64,000 nucleotides of DNA from Aquificaceae bacterium (GCA_037925075.1 JAXSNR010000001.1:640001-704000); one strand, 5' to 3'; positions 1 to 9,441 are shown, numbered from the stretch's first letter. Program-made: numbers and translations. Notes: generated by a model not told the origin, from the letters alone.

Positions 1-117
1 CTTTGGAAGTTTGCCAGTGGACGCCCAAAGGGTCAGAGGCAAAGCACTGGATAAGCCTGTAGAGGCTCTGAAGCTGAAGGTTTTCGGACGCGGGTTCGAT
101 TCCCGCCGCCTCCACCA
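1..117 (+). ncRNA. ssrA: tmRNA, 3' portion (5' part outside window)
   Basis: Ends in the tRNA-Ala-like T-arm/acceptor GGACGCGGGTTCGATTCCCGCCGCCTCCACCA. No anticodon arm precedes it; the TAAGCCTGTAGA motif is typical of tmRNA. Confidence 0.9.
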
Positions 118-119
118 GA

Positions 120-899
120 TTAAAACTCCTCTAACTCTCCCTCCTCAAAGCTAACCTGTTTCATAGCGGATATTAGTCTTTCAAAAACCGTGTAAAAATC
201 CTCGTTCAAAACCCTTACGTATTTTCCGTAAGCCATCTGAAAGGCTTTTGAGACTATGTCTTCCTTTTGCAAGGCGTTTTTTAGCCCAAGCTCCTCATAC
301 CTTGTGTTTAAAACCTCCTTTGCTTCCAAAAGTACCTTAGCCCTCTCTTCCCTTTCCACCTCCGCTTCCTTTAAAGACCTTTCTAAGAAGGAATCCACCT
401 TTTTGAGAACCTTTTCAAAGGCATAGCCGGGGAATTTCTTGTCCGCCTCTCTGTCCACCACAAAGCCCACGGTGATAAGGTAAGCATCCTCTATAAACTT
501 TTCCAGCTTGTACTCGGGAAGGCTTGGATTCTTTTGAAGGTAAGACATAAATATCTCGTATGCCTGATGGGCTCTATCCTTTAGGGAAGGCACCTTTTCC
601 ACGTTTAGGGCTATTATGTAGTCCTTAGCCTCAGGTGGCAAGATTATGGCTGGGAATTCCTTCATGCCCAACTGCCTACCCGCCTCAAACCTGTGCTGTC
701 CGTTTATGACCTCATAGTAGCCATCTTCGGTGGGCACCACAGAGATGGGCTCTACAAAGCCTATCTTTTCCATAGACTCCATAAGCCTTTTTATGTGCAT
801 GTCAGAAAGCTCTCGCTGGATAGAAGGTATAAGAATCCTTTCCGCAGGGATTATGGTAAACTCTAATTCCAAGCCTCTTACAGGCTCATTGAACTTCAT
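120..899 (-). CDS. ParB/Sulfiredoxin N-terminal domain protein
   Basis: LMESMEKIGFVEPISV...YEVINGQHRFEA matches the ParB/Srx GxxR motif. Confidence 0.75.
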   Translation of the reverse strand: MKFNEPVRGLELEFTIIPAERILIPSIQRELSDMHIKRLMESMEKIGFVEPISVVPTEDGYYEVINGQHRFEAGRQLGMKEFPAIILPPEAKDYIIALNVEKVPSLKDRAHQAYEIFMSYLQKNPSLPEYKLEKFIEDAYLITVGFVVDREADKKFPGYAFEKVLKKVDSFLERSLKEAEVEREERAKVLLEAKEVLNTRYEELGLKNALQKEDIVSKAFQMAYGKYVRVLNEDFYTVFERLISAMKQVSFEEGELEEF

Positions 900-902
900 G
901 TT

Positions 903-1229
903 TTAACTTGCCTTTGCACCCTCCTTTATGTCTCTGTCTGGAACAATAAGGGAAAGATTTTCCCCGTCAGAAAGTGCCAGTACCATGCCCTGAGACTCCA
1001 CACCGAATATTTTTCTTGGCTTTAGGTTTGCCAGAATAAGCACCTTCTTTCCCACCAATTCCTCTGGGCTATAGTGCTTTGCTATGCCAGCCATCAAGGT
1101 ACGTTCTTCCTCTCCAAGGGAGACCCTTAATCTTAATAACTTTTCTGAACCCTCCACCCTTTCCGCGGAAAGCACCTTGGCAAGCCTTATGTCTAACTTT
1201 AAAAAGTCCTCTATGCCTACGAGTTCCAT
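903..1229 (-). CDS. metG: tRNA-binding OB-fold protein (methionyl-tRNA synthetase beta subunit / Trbp111-like)
   Basis: DFLKLDIR...SEKLL...AGI...NLKPRKIFGVESQGMVL tRNA_bind motifs. Confidence 0.8.
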   Translation of the reverse strand: MELVGIEDFLKLDIRLAKVLSAERVEGSEKLLRLRVSLGEEERTLMAGIAKHYSPEELVGKKVLILANLKPRKIFGVESQGMVLALSDGENLSLIVPDRDIKEGAKAS

Positions 1230-1241
1230 GGATATTATATT

Positions 1242-3554
1242 TTAATCTACCTTACCGCTACCGGGAACATGCCTCATAAACTCAATCAGTTCATAAACAA
1301 CCACATTTAGAGGGAAGAGATAATCTTCCTTCATTCCATCTTCGGTTTCTCTCCTTATAGTTATGTACACGTTTCTTTCCTTTGAGTACAGACTGAGCTT
1401 GCTAAAGGGAACCTGAAAGGCTTCGCTTTCGTACATGGAAAGGGCTATAAGAGTGAAAAGGAAAAGGTTGTGCTGTTGGGAATAGACCTCATCAGAAGAC
1501 CATCCTATCTTTTCCGTGTAAAAGACCTGAAGGGAGGGATGGTATATATCTTCAAACTCCCTTTGGGGGCTTGAGGGCTTTATGGCTATCGCCGCAGCAT
1601 CCTCTTCAAGCCTTATACCCAAAGCCTTGGCAAGGTCTTTGAACTGTTGAGTGTATATAACAAGGCAGTTTCTTTCTGCTTTCTTGGATACGTATGCGGT
1701 CTTTAGCTCCTTGTATCTTACAAAGATGGACTTTCTCTCAAACTCAGTCTCCGAACTAAGGTCCTTATAAAGAGTGCTGGCATAACCATCCTTTAGGGCA
1801 CTAATAAAGCAGAACCTACTCCTTTGGTCCTCAAGTCTTTCTTTTATGTATTTTCTTAGATTTTCCACATCTGCACCAAAGCTATCACACATAACAAAAA
1901 ACTTTTCCTCAAGCTGTATCTGAGCCTTTCCTTCCTTTGCATGTATGGTGTATAACTCGTACATGTAGTGCCTACTTGCGGAGGCTTGGGATAAATCACC
2001 CCTTTTGTAAAAGAAACGCGAGGAGGGTTTTTCAAGTAGAACATGAAGAACCACTTCCTCTGGAAGCTTAAAACCCTCATACTCAAAGTGTAGTATCTTA
2101 GAATCCTTGTAAAGACTTATGAGCATGTTTTTAAGGGATGAATCTGATATATTGGAAAGAAAGCGTTTGGTTATAGTCTGAAAGGGCAAGCCGTAGTAGT
2201 CATACACATCACTTATATAATCCCAAAAGTCATATTTTTGATCCTTTTCAAGGTCCGTGTTTAAAAGCAGAAGTACTCCTTCCATCTTGTCCTTCTGGTC
2301 CAGATTGCGTCTTAAAAAGCCGTTTATTCTTGCGGTAAAATACATGATAGCGTAGAGTAGATTAACAGACTCTTCGTGTTTTAGCTCTCTGGAATTACCT
2401 TCTAACTTTTTTAAGATATTAAAAAACCCTTCCCCTCCAAAAAGTTTGTGTATTTGTGCATTAACATCCTTTATGCTTATATTTACATCTCCAACATAAC
2501 GTTTCTTACTTATTAATTCAAGCTTATTTTTTAGCTCCTCTATATACTTCTCTGTACCATCTTCATAGAAAACAAAAAGCTCCAAGTCTCTGGCTGGCAC
2601 CTCGTAAAGTCCATAGGTCAAAGAAGTTTGTTTTTCTTTTGCCTCCTCCTTGAGAAAAACACCTACAAGCTTTTCGCTTTTTATCTCACCTTGAAGCACC
2701 TTTTTGACAAACTTTAACCAATCTTGGCGAAGTTTGGTAAGGTTTTCTTCCTTTAGAGCCTCATCAAGAAGTGCCTCCAAATCTTTTAGGCTTTTTCCTT
2801 CTTCTTCTAGATGGTATTCAAGGTCCTTAAGCTCCTTGTTTTCTGATAGCCTCTGCCACAGTTTTTGCTTTGTGTCTTGCTTTCTGGTGTACATGCTCAC
2901 GTTGGAGACCAAAATTACGTTCTCAAAGCGGTCAAAATTTACAGGAAACAGATAGTAGGCTAAGGTGGAATAGGGAAAGCGATAGTGGGAACCAAAAACG
3001 CCCTCTTTTATGTTTTTTAGCATCTCTTTAACATCTTTTAAGTAGTCCCTTACCCATTCATCTTCTGTGTTTTCAAGCCACTCTCTCAAAAGCTCCTCCC
3101 TTAGGTCATACTTTAGCTCCTCTGTAAGCTCCTCATCTTCGTGTCCCCTTACCCTCAAAAATACCATACCCGCATGGCTTGAAAGCTCAGAGGGATTACC
3201 TATATCCAACTCCACCACTTTAAACTGGGCTCTTTGGTCTCTTCTGTAAAAACTCGCCTTCTTGTCGGACTTTATAATCTTAAAAAGGTTTTGCCATTTG
3301 CTAATGATCCGTTGTTCATAAAGTGCCTTGTAAGGCACATGATAATCTATATTTTCAAGAAAGTCCTTAAACACTTGGTATGCTATTTTCTTATCTATCT
3401 TATCTATTAACATTTTGATAAGCTTTGCCAAGTTTTCCAAGTATTGAGGATTTTTGTTATAGAAAATCCCAGAGTACATGAAATCCCTACCAAGACGCTT
3501 ACCCTCCGCAAAGGCATCCATCCTATCGTCCCATTGTTTTCCCGGTATTTCCAT
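1242..3554 (-). CDS. Uncharacterised 770-aa protein with a putative divergent Argonaute-like MID-PIWI region
   Basis: Long ORF with a strong RBS. GLPFQTI...NMLISLYK resembles the pAgo MID motif, and the C-terminal LIALSMYESEAFQVPFSKL resembles the end of a PIWI domain. The family call is an inference. Confidence 0.55.
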   Translation of the reverse strand: MEIPGKQWDDRMDAFAEGKRLGRDFMYSGIFYNKNPQYLENLAKLIKMLIDKIDKKIAYQVFKDFLENIDYHVPYKALYEQRIISKWQNLFKIIKSDKKASFYRRDQRAQFKVVELDIGNPSELSSHAGMVFLRVRGHEDEELTEELKYDLREELLREWLENTEDEWVRDYLKDVKEMLKNIKEGVFGSHYRFPYSTLAYYLFPVNFDRFENVILVSNVSMYTRKQDTKQKLWQRLSENKELKDLEYHLEEEGKSLKDLEALLDEALKEENLTKLRQDWLKFVKKVLQGEIKSEKLVGVFLKEEAKEKQTSLTYGLYEVPARDLELFVFYEDGTEKYIEELKNKLELISKKRYVGDVNISIKDVNAQIHKLFGGEGFFNILKKLEGNSRELKHEESVNLLYAIMYFTARINGFLRRNLDQKDKMEGVLLLLNTDLEKDQKYDFWDYISDVYDYYGLPFQTITKRFLSNISDSSLKNMLISLYKDSKILHFEYEGFKLPEEVVLHVLLEKPSSRFFYKRGDLSQASASRHYMYELYTIHAKEGKAQIQLEEKFFVMCDSFGADVENLRKYIKERLEDQRSRFCFISALKDGYASTLYKDLSSETEFERKSIFVRYKELKTAYVSKKAERNCLVIYTQQFKDLAKALGIRLEEDAAAIAIKPSSPQREFEDIYHPSLQVFYTEKIGWSSDEVYSQQHNLFLFTLIALSMYESEAFQVPFSKLSLYSKERNVYITIRRETEDGMKEDYLFPLNVVVYELIEFMRHVPGSGKVD

Positions 3555-3557
3555 GTC

Positions 3558-6500
3558 TTACCCCTCCTCAAGAAGTTTATATATAAATTCTATGGGGAAT
3601 TTGGCAAACCTGCCACTTAACACCTCCTTGTAAGGATAGTCTTCTCCAAGAGGGATTATCGCATATTCCTTTACACCCTCTATGTTTTTACAGCTTGTGG
3701 TAATATCTAAGCCTCCCCCTAGCACATCCGCCCCACCTCTGCCCACTCTACTTGATATGGCAAACCTAAGATGATGATCTCCCTGATTACCCAAAACATG
3801 CTCTGTAAAGACCCATGCGTACACAGGAATTAAAAAGGTAATTCCATAAACTTCCCTTGTGGCAATTTCGTTCAGAAAATACTCTATATCCCTTGTTTTG
3901 TCCTCGTTGTGTTCATTTAGCTTGTCTTTTACTTTATTAAAGTAAAACATTGCCTTCTTTCTCTTTTCGTTATCAAAGCTTATGTGCAAAGTGCCCCATA
4001 AAAGCACGTAGGGATGATAGTATTCTATGTTTTCAAAGGTTTTGGGAACATCGTTGGTATATACAGAGATTCCAGAGGAGATCTCTTTTACCAAGAAATG
4101 TATATACTTTGCCAGTTCTTGATCCTTTGAGGATTCCATCATATAAACATCTTCAAGGAACTGCATTATGTTTTCGAGGTCAGAAAAGCGGTTCATCCTA
4201 TATACGGTGCTATGCTGTGCGGGAACGGGAACTATAACGGGACGGTCTGGAGTTTTTAGAAAGTCTTCTATTATCTTTTGAACTACAAAGTCAAGTTGAA
4301 GCTTTTGTTTGAGATGCTCCCTTTTGTAAAGGAGCCTTACCAAATTCTCGTCCTGATACTCCACAAGTTGTGTTAGCTTTTCAATAGTGTAATCTTTTTC
4401 TTTTTGAACCATGTATATAAGGTGTATGTACCTTGGCGTGTTTTCTGTTTTTTCATCGCCCCTTGCCCTTGATATGGCTTGAATGATTTCCACAAGGTTT
4501 TGTTCTATGCCCCAATCGGTTATGACCACAAAGATTCTATCCACAGGTTTATGAGGCCTGCTAAAGTCCAAGCCCCTTGAAACTGCGGAGGTGCCCATTA
4601 TAACATCTTGATCTCCCTCGTTTATGTCCCTCTGACTTTTTCTTGAACTTGCGGTTATGTATAGGTTGGAGACTTCTTTACTGTCAAAATACTGGCGAAG
4701 CTCCGCTATCATTTCCTTGTCTTGCACATACAAAAAGGCTGTGCTTTTCTTTTGTAGGTTGCCAATTATATAATCTCCTATTAGTTCAGCAAGTTTTACT
4801 TTTCCATCATCATTCAATTCCACATCAAGCATAAACTTTTTGTTTATGTACAAACCGCTTGCGGGATATCCATGCTTTGCGTATATCTCAAGAGGTATGC
4901 CCTTGTACGCAGTTTTCAATTCTGGCGTATAGTTGCAAAGAACAAGAGAATCGGGAATTACTTGGTAGGATTCAAACTCTCTCATAAGCCTCTCCAAAAG
5001 CTCGGGGGAGTATCCGTTGGCATCAAACAGGTACAAGTACGCCTTTCCGCCTTTTTCTTTTACCTTTGAAACAAAATCAAACATCCTTTGTATGGCATCA
5101 AGCCCATTTCTGTATCCATAAAACTCGTCAAGGATAATGTGAATGTGATAATTCTTTACCACCTTTGACCTAAGAAGTTTTTCAAGATGTTTAGAAGTGT
5201 TGCCGTAGTCCGTATCCACTATGGCTTGTATGGTGGAAAAGCTCCATATCTGTAAGTGTTTTTCGTCTACGGCTTTGAGTATTTTTTCCACAGTTCTTTT
5301 GAGTATGCCCTCTTTCTTTTCTACATCTTCATAACCTTGTCCTGTATGCCTTTTATACTTATTTTCCGAGTATGATTTTCTTTCGTATATGACTTTTACC
5401 TTGTCGGCACCAGACTTTTCTACTTGGTCCTTTTCCTTTTCTATAAGACTTACTCTTGTTGCCATGTACAGTACTATGTGCTTTCCTTGAGAGTTTAGTA
5501 TAAGGTTTCTCAGAGTTGATGTTTTTCCACTTCCTGCGGAATGAAGCAAAGCAATGGCTTTACAGTCTTCTTGAGAATTAAAAAATTCATTTAGCCTATC
5601 CTTTACATCGTCCCGGGCTTCCTGTATAGGGTTTGTCTGTATAAAAATGGTCTCTTTTTCCCTTTGTTTCATCTCCTCTATGTACCTTTGTATATCCTGC
5701 AAAGCCTCCTTTTCCAACCTTTTACTCTTTCCCGCTCTTTGACCTACGGTTTCATCAAGCTCCTCGTAAGCCCATTCTTTACTTTTAAGCTCTCTATAAA
5801 TCTCCTTTGCCCTTTGTTTGTAGCTTGAAAGCTTGGAAATGTCCCAGGGTTCAACTACAAAGCGTGTTCTCAGAGGCTCTGCGGCAGGATACAAAAGCTC
5901 AAGGCAAAGCTCCCTAAGGTCTTTTGTCCACATCTCCGTGAGATAATCCACCCCATAGCAAATCAGCTGAGAAAAGCCCTTTAGCTCCACAAATACATCT
6001 TGAAGTTCCTTAAGTGGCTCCTCAAGTAGTACGAAGTTTTTAACAAAGTTAAGAAAGTTCAACTCACCTAAGGAAATGCTAACTGGCACTCCTACATTTA
6101 CGACGGGTAGTCTTGGCAAGTTATCTACTCTGCCTCTGTCAAAGACATCCTTTAGCCAAGAGAGAAGTCCAGAAAGCTTAAAATCCACTATGTATAGGGT
6201 TCCATTTCTCCTATAGACAAGGTCCGCATTTCTCCACACTATGTCCGCGGACTCCTCTCCCATTTCGACCTTTTCAAGCTCTATGTTTTTTCCATCTCCC
6301 GCATAAAGAAGACCGCCGTAGTATCCAAGCATGTAGGTGGCAAGCACATATATTCTCTGTGCGGTTTCTGGTCTTATGTCAGTCCCAATCTTATCCCAGT
6401 CTTGTATGGGTCTTTCAAGCTCGCTTATAATTCCTTGCGGTAAGCCTTCAGACCTTAAAAAGTCAAAGAGATGCCCTTTAAAGCCTCTTATAAGCTCTGG

Positions 6501-6575
6501 CCTTGCCTTTTCTAAAAATCCAACCTTAAAAGCCCCCTCAAAGACGAAACCTGCAAGCTCGTCTATCTCCCTCAT
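3558..6575 (-). CDS. PD-(D/E)xK nuclease-SF2 helicase fusion protein
   Basis: N-terminal ADLV...VDFK...QLICY nuclease motif. Helicase motifs: Walker A HSAGSGKT, Walker B ILDEF, motif V SRGLDF, motif VI QAISRARG. Confidence 0.75.
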   Translation of the reverse strand: MREIDELAGFVFEGAFKVGFLEKARPELIRGFKGHLFDFLRSEGLPQGIISELERPIQDWDKIGTDIRPETAQRIYVLATYMLGYYGGLLYAGDGKNIELEKVEMGEESADIVWRNADLVYRRNGTLYIVDFKLSGLLSWLKDVFDRGRVDNLPRLPVVNVGVPVSISLGELNFLNFVKNFVLLEEPLKELQDVFVELKGFSQLICYGVDYLTEMWTKDLRELCLELLYPAAEPLRTRFVVEPWDISKLSSYKQRAKEIYRELKSKEWAYEELDETVGQRAGKSKRLEKEALQDIQRYIEEMKQREKETIFIQTNPIQEARDDVKDRLNEFFNSQEDCKAIALLHSAGSGKTSTLRNLILNSQGKHIVLYMATRVSLIEKEKDQVEKSGADKVKVIYERKSYSENKYKRHTGQGYEDVEKKEGILKRTVEKILKAVDEKHLQIWSFSTIQAIVDTDYGNTSKHLEKLLRSKVVKNYHIHIILDEFYGYRNGLDAIQRMFDFVSKVKEKGGKAYLYLFDANGYSPELLERLMREFESYQVIPDSLVLCNYTPELKTAYKGIPLEIYAKHGYPASGLYINKKFMLDVELNDDGKVKLAELIGDYIIGNLQKKSTAFLYVQDKEMIAELRQYFDSKEVSNLYITASSRKSQRDINEGDQDVIMGTSAVSRGLDFSRPHKPVDRIFVVITDWGIEQNLVEIIQAISRARGDEKTENTPRYIHLIYMVQKEKDYTIEKLTQLVEYQDENLVRLLYKREHLKQKLQLDFVVQKIIEDFLKTPDRPVIVPVPAQHSTVYRMNRFSDLENIMQFLEDVYMMESSKDQELAKYIHFLVKEISSGISVYTNDVPKTFENIEYYHPYVLLWGTLHISFDNEKRKKAMFYFNKVKDKLNEHNEDKTRDIEYFLNEIATREVYGITFLIPVYAWVFTEHVLGNQGDHHLRFAISSRVGRGGADVLGGGLDITTSCKNIEGVKEYAIIPLGEDYPYKEVLSGRFAKFPIEFIYKLLEEG

Positions 6576-6611
6576 ATAGAATATATAACAGCAAAACAGT
6601 GTATTTCCTAA

Positions 6612-7427
6612 CTAAAACCTTGCTTCGCAGACCTGTTCGTATTCTATAAGCTCGGTTATCTTTGGCTCTTTGCCACAAAGAGGGCAGTTTGGGTCTTTGC
6701 GAAGCTTTACCTTTCTGAAATCCATGGAAAGGGCATCCATTATAAGAAGCTTGCCCACTAAAGGCTCACCAATACCTAACAAGACCTTTATGGCTTCTGT
6801 TGCCTGAATACAACCCATTATGCCACCTATTGAGCCAAGGATTCCAGCTTCCTGGCAGGATGGCACAAGCCCGGGAGGTGGAGGCTCTGGATAAAGACAT
6901 CTGTAGCAAGGAGAGTTTTCTTTATCTCTGTAGTCAAAGACAGAGATCTGTCCTTCAAACCTAAGCATTGCCGCAGATACAAGGGGCTTCCCAAGAAAGT
7001 AGCATGCGTCGTTTATGAGAAACCTTGTGGGAAAGTTGTCGGTGCCATCCAAAACCACATCGTAGTCCTTTATGATATCCAGTATATTGGACTTGTTGAG
7101 CATGGTGTTGTAGGTTATCACCTTCACATCTGGGTTTAGCTTTTCCACAGTCATACGTGCGGACTCTACCTTTGGAACGCCTACCCTTTCCGTGTTATGA
7201 AGTATCTGCCTTTGTAGATTAGAAAAGTCCACCACATCAAAGTCCACTATACCTATGGTACCCACGCCTGCAGCCGCAAGGTAGTATATGGCAGGAGAGC
7301 CAAGCCCACCAGCACCTACAACCAACACCTTTGACTTCAAAAGCTTTTCCTGCCCTTTGCCACCAACTTCTGGCAGGATTATATGCCTTGCATACCTTTT
7401 TATCTGTTCTTCTGTGAACTGGAACAT
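6612..7427 (-). CDS. moeB: Molybdopterin-synthase adenylyltransferase (MoeB/ThiF family)
   Basis: RYARHIIL, GAGGLG, DVVDFSNLQRQ, DGTDNF, PCYRC and CPLC motifs. Confidence 0.9.
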   Translation of the reverse strand: MFQFTEEQIKRYARHIILPEVGGKGQEKLLKSKVLVVGAGGLGSPAIYYLAAAGVGTIGIVDFDVVDFSNLQRQILHNTERVGVPKVESARMTVEKLNPDVKVITYNTMLNKSNILDIIKDYDVVLDGTDNFPTRFLINDACYFLGKPLVSAAMLRFEGQISVFDYRDKENSPCYRCLYPEPPPPGLVPSCQEAGILGSIGGIMGCIQATEAIKVLLGIGEPLVGKLLIMDALSMDFRKVKLRKDPNCPLCGKEPKITELIEYEQVCEARF

Positions 7428-7428
7428 A

Positions 7429-7461
7429 GTTAATAAATTATAAGCAAGTCTATGCTAAGTG
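7429..7461 (+). repeat. 33-bp direct repeat, copy 1 (overlaps the moeB promoter)
   Basis: GTTAATAAATTATAAGCAAGTCTATGCTAAGTG, 31/33 identical to 13812-13844. Confidence 0.85.
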
Positions 7462-7465
7462 CCAA
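7437..7465 (-). promoter_or_regulatory. sigma70 promoter of moeB (near-leaderless)
   Basis: On the minus strand TTGGCA-17 nt-TATAAT, then 9 nt to the ATG. Confidence 0.6.
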
Positions 7466-7546
7466 AAGAATAAAAAAAGGGGAAGAAAGAAAAGGGAGGT
7501 GAGCAGGGGCTCTGCTCTATTTAGTTAAAAAGGCAGGAGCAGCCCC

Positions 7547-8890
7547 TCAGAAAATCCATTGGAACTGAAGGGTAACTGCATCGTTTTTTATGCTGTTCCT
7601 CTGCTTATCAAACTTTGTGTACTCAAGGGTCCACCGGAAGTTCTCGTTTATGAAGTAATAGTTAATACCTAAGCTTATTTGCTTTATGTTTCCCAAATAG
7701 CCTGTAGCACTTGTATTTGGACCCACAAAGTTTGTGGCATCTCCGTAGAGTCTTGCACTTACATCGGTTCCAACTTGCACTATTTGAGGCTTATACTCGG
7801 AATAGGTTATGTATGGCTCAAACTTGTGCTTAGACTTAGGATTTATCATATACCCTGTTTTCACAAGCCAGAAGTCGTTTTTTATACTTCTGTTAGGGTA
7901 AACATTGTTAGCACCATCAATTAGTACTAGCTTGTTAAACTTAACCTGTCCAAGTTCTGCGACAAAAGATATTGGGCCATAATGCCATGCAAAATCCACT
8001 CCATAGAACTTCATATCAGCTTTGTTATCAAGAATACTGTCAGCCAGAGCTTGTGTAGGTACTGATAGAGGGTTAGGTAGTAATAGATAGGGTATTCTTA
8101 CGTTAACCGTGCCAGCTCCGTTCTGAGGATTACCGTTGCCAAGAAAGCCTGGGGATATACCCTGTGTATCGGTTATTATATGTTGGTCTATCTTATTTTG
8201 AAAGGCATAGGATACTCCAAAGGTCATACCCTTTCTCTTTCCAAGGTATGTATCCCTGTAAAGCCAATTGTATATAGCAGGTTTGCCCTCTTGCTCACTA
8301 AGAGTTACAGTTCCTCGCAGGGCGACAAGTGGGCTATTAGAAGAATTGCCTCTAGCCTTCGAGAGACAGGTACCTACACCCGCGTTTGGCGCAGTAAAAC
8401 CACATAACGGAGTATTATTAGAAACTCCCACAATGGTATCATCCCACGGATTTCTAACGTTTTTAAAGCCCCCAAACAAACCAAAAAATCCATCAAAGGT
8501 AATTCTGGAATAACCCTGTCCTTTGCTTGCTGCTCTTATATGGGCGTAGCCACCAAAGGCTCTACAATTAACATCCCCAATAGCCAAGTGGGTCCACCTG
8601 AGCGTTGCATTTGTCCTGTCCAAATCTATGTTGTCATAAGCTCTTTGGAACTTCCCCCTACCCAGAGGAACTCTGGGATAGCCTAAGTATAGGTCAAGGG
8701 TTATACCTTTCATATCTGTCATGGCACTTGGAACGAGCACCGCATCCAGTTCGTGAATAGCTCCATTGTTCCTATTGCTCTGCCTCCTTCCATGTGTTGG
8801 TTATCCACCAAAAGGTGTATGTTAAAGGTTTTTTCCTAAACCTTTATCTCTCAAAACAAAGTAAGCTTCCCACAAATCTCTTGTTTTCTC
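7547..8890 (-). pseudogene. Outer-membrane porin (OprO/P-like beta barrel), 5'-decayed; intact frame 7547-8800
   Basis: C-terminal TLQFQWIF beta-signal and amphipathic strands, but no signal peptide. The upstream in-frame sequence reads as protein but has TAA stops at 8801-8803 and 8822-8824. Confidence 0.6.
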
Positions 8891-8891
8891 C

Positions 8892-9398
8892 TTACTGCAC
8901 TTTTATGTAGGCAAAACCCTTTGATTGCAGTTCTCCAATGGTAGCAACTCCAGAAGGCACTATCTTGGTGAATTCGTGAAGCTTATTAGCATCAAGCTTT
9001 AGTCTTTGCAAGGTTATGTTACATATATAAAAATCAACACCATAAGCCAACAGATCTTTTTCCATCTGGTAAAGTTCGTCAATCTTTATAACTTCTGTCT
9101 CCCATGGGCTACCAGAAAGGTCCTTCATAAAAAACTTAACACCCGCACCGTGAGCCACAACAACAATCTTTATCTTGAAGGGGTCATTGTCATAAACAGA
9201 CAGGTGATTTCTTATATTGCCCAACATTGCCTTGAACCGTGGTTCCTGAGGGAAATCACAGTGATAAACCACTCCTATCTTAGCCTCCTTTTTAATATCC
9301 TCCATCTTCACTTTAGGTGGAGCTGCTTCCGCAAGTTTGTTTATAAAGGGAACAGAAGCTAACACACTCGCTAATTTAAAAAAACCTCTTCTATCCAT
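8892..9398 (-). CDS. Tat-exported DsrE/DsrF-like protein
   Basis: Start MDRRGFF (Tat motif) after a GGAGGTG RBS. VVYH...VVAHGAG...FYICNITL...VPSGV...GFAYIK match the DsrE family. Confidence 0.8.
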   Translation of the reverse strand: MDRRGFFKLASVLASVPFINKLAEAAPPKVKMEDIKKEAKIGVVYHCDFPQEPRFKAMLGNIRNHLSVYDNDPFKIKIVVVAHGAGVKFFMKDLSGSPWETEVIKIDELYQMEKDLLAYGVDFYICNITLQRLKLDANKLHEFTKIVPSGVATIGELQSKGFAYIKVQ

Positions 9399-9441
9399 GT
9401 CATCACCTCCATAGGATTTAATCCTTCCGTAAGATATAAAA

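Noticed and set aside
3558..6575. Cas3 or Type I/III restriction subunit
   Set aside because: No HD domain and no cas, methyltransferase or specificity genes adjacent.
7443..7465. sigma54 promoter upstream of moeB
   Set aside because: GG-to-GC spacing is not N10; it fits a sigma70 -35/-10 arrangement instead.
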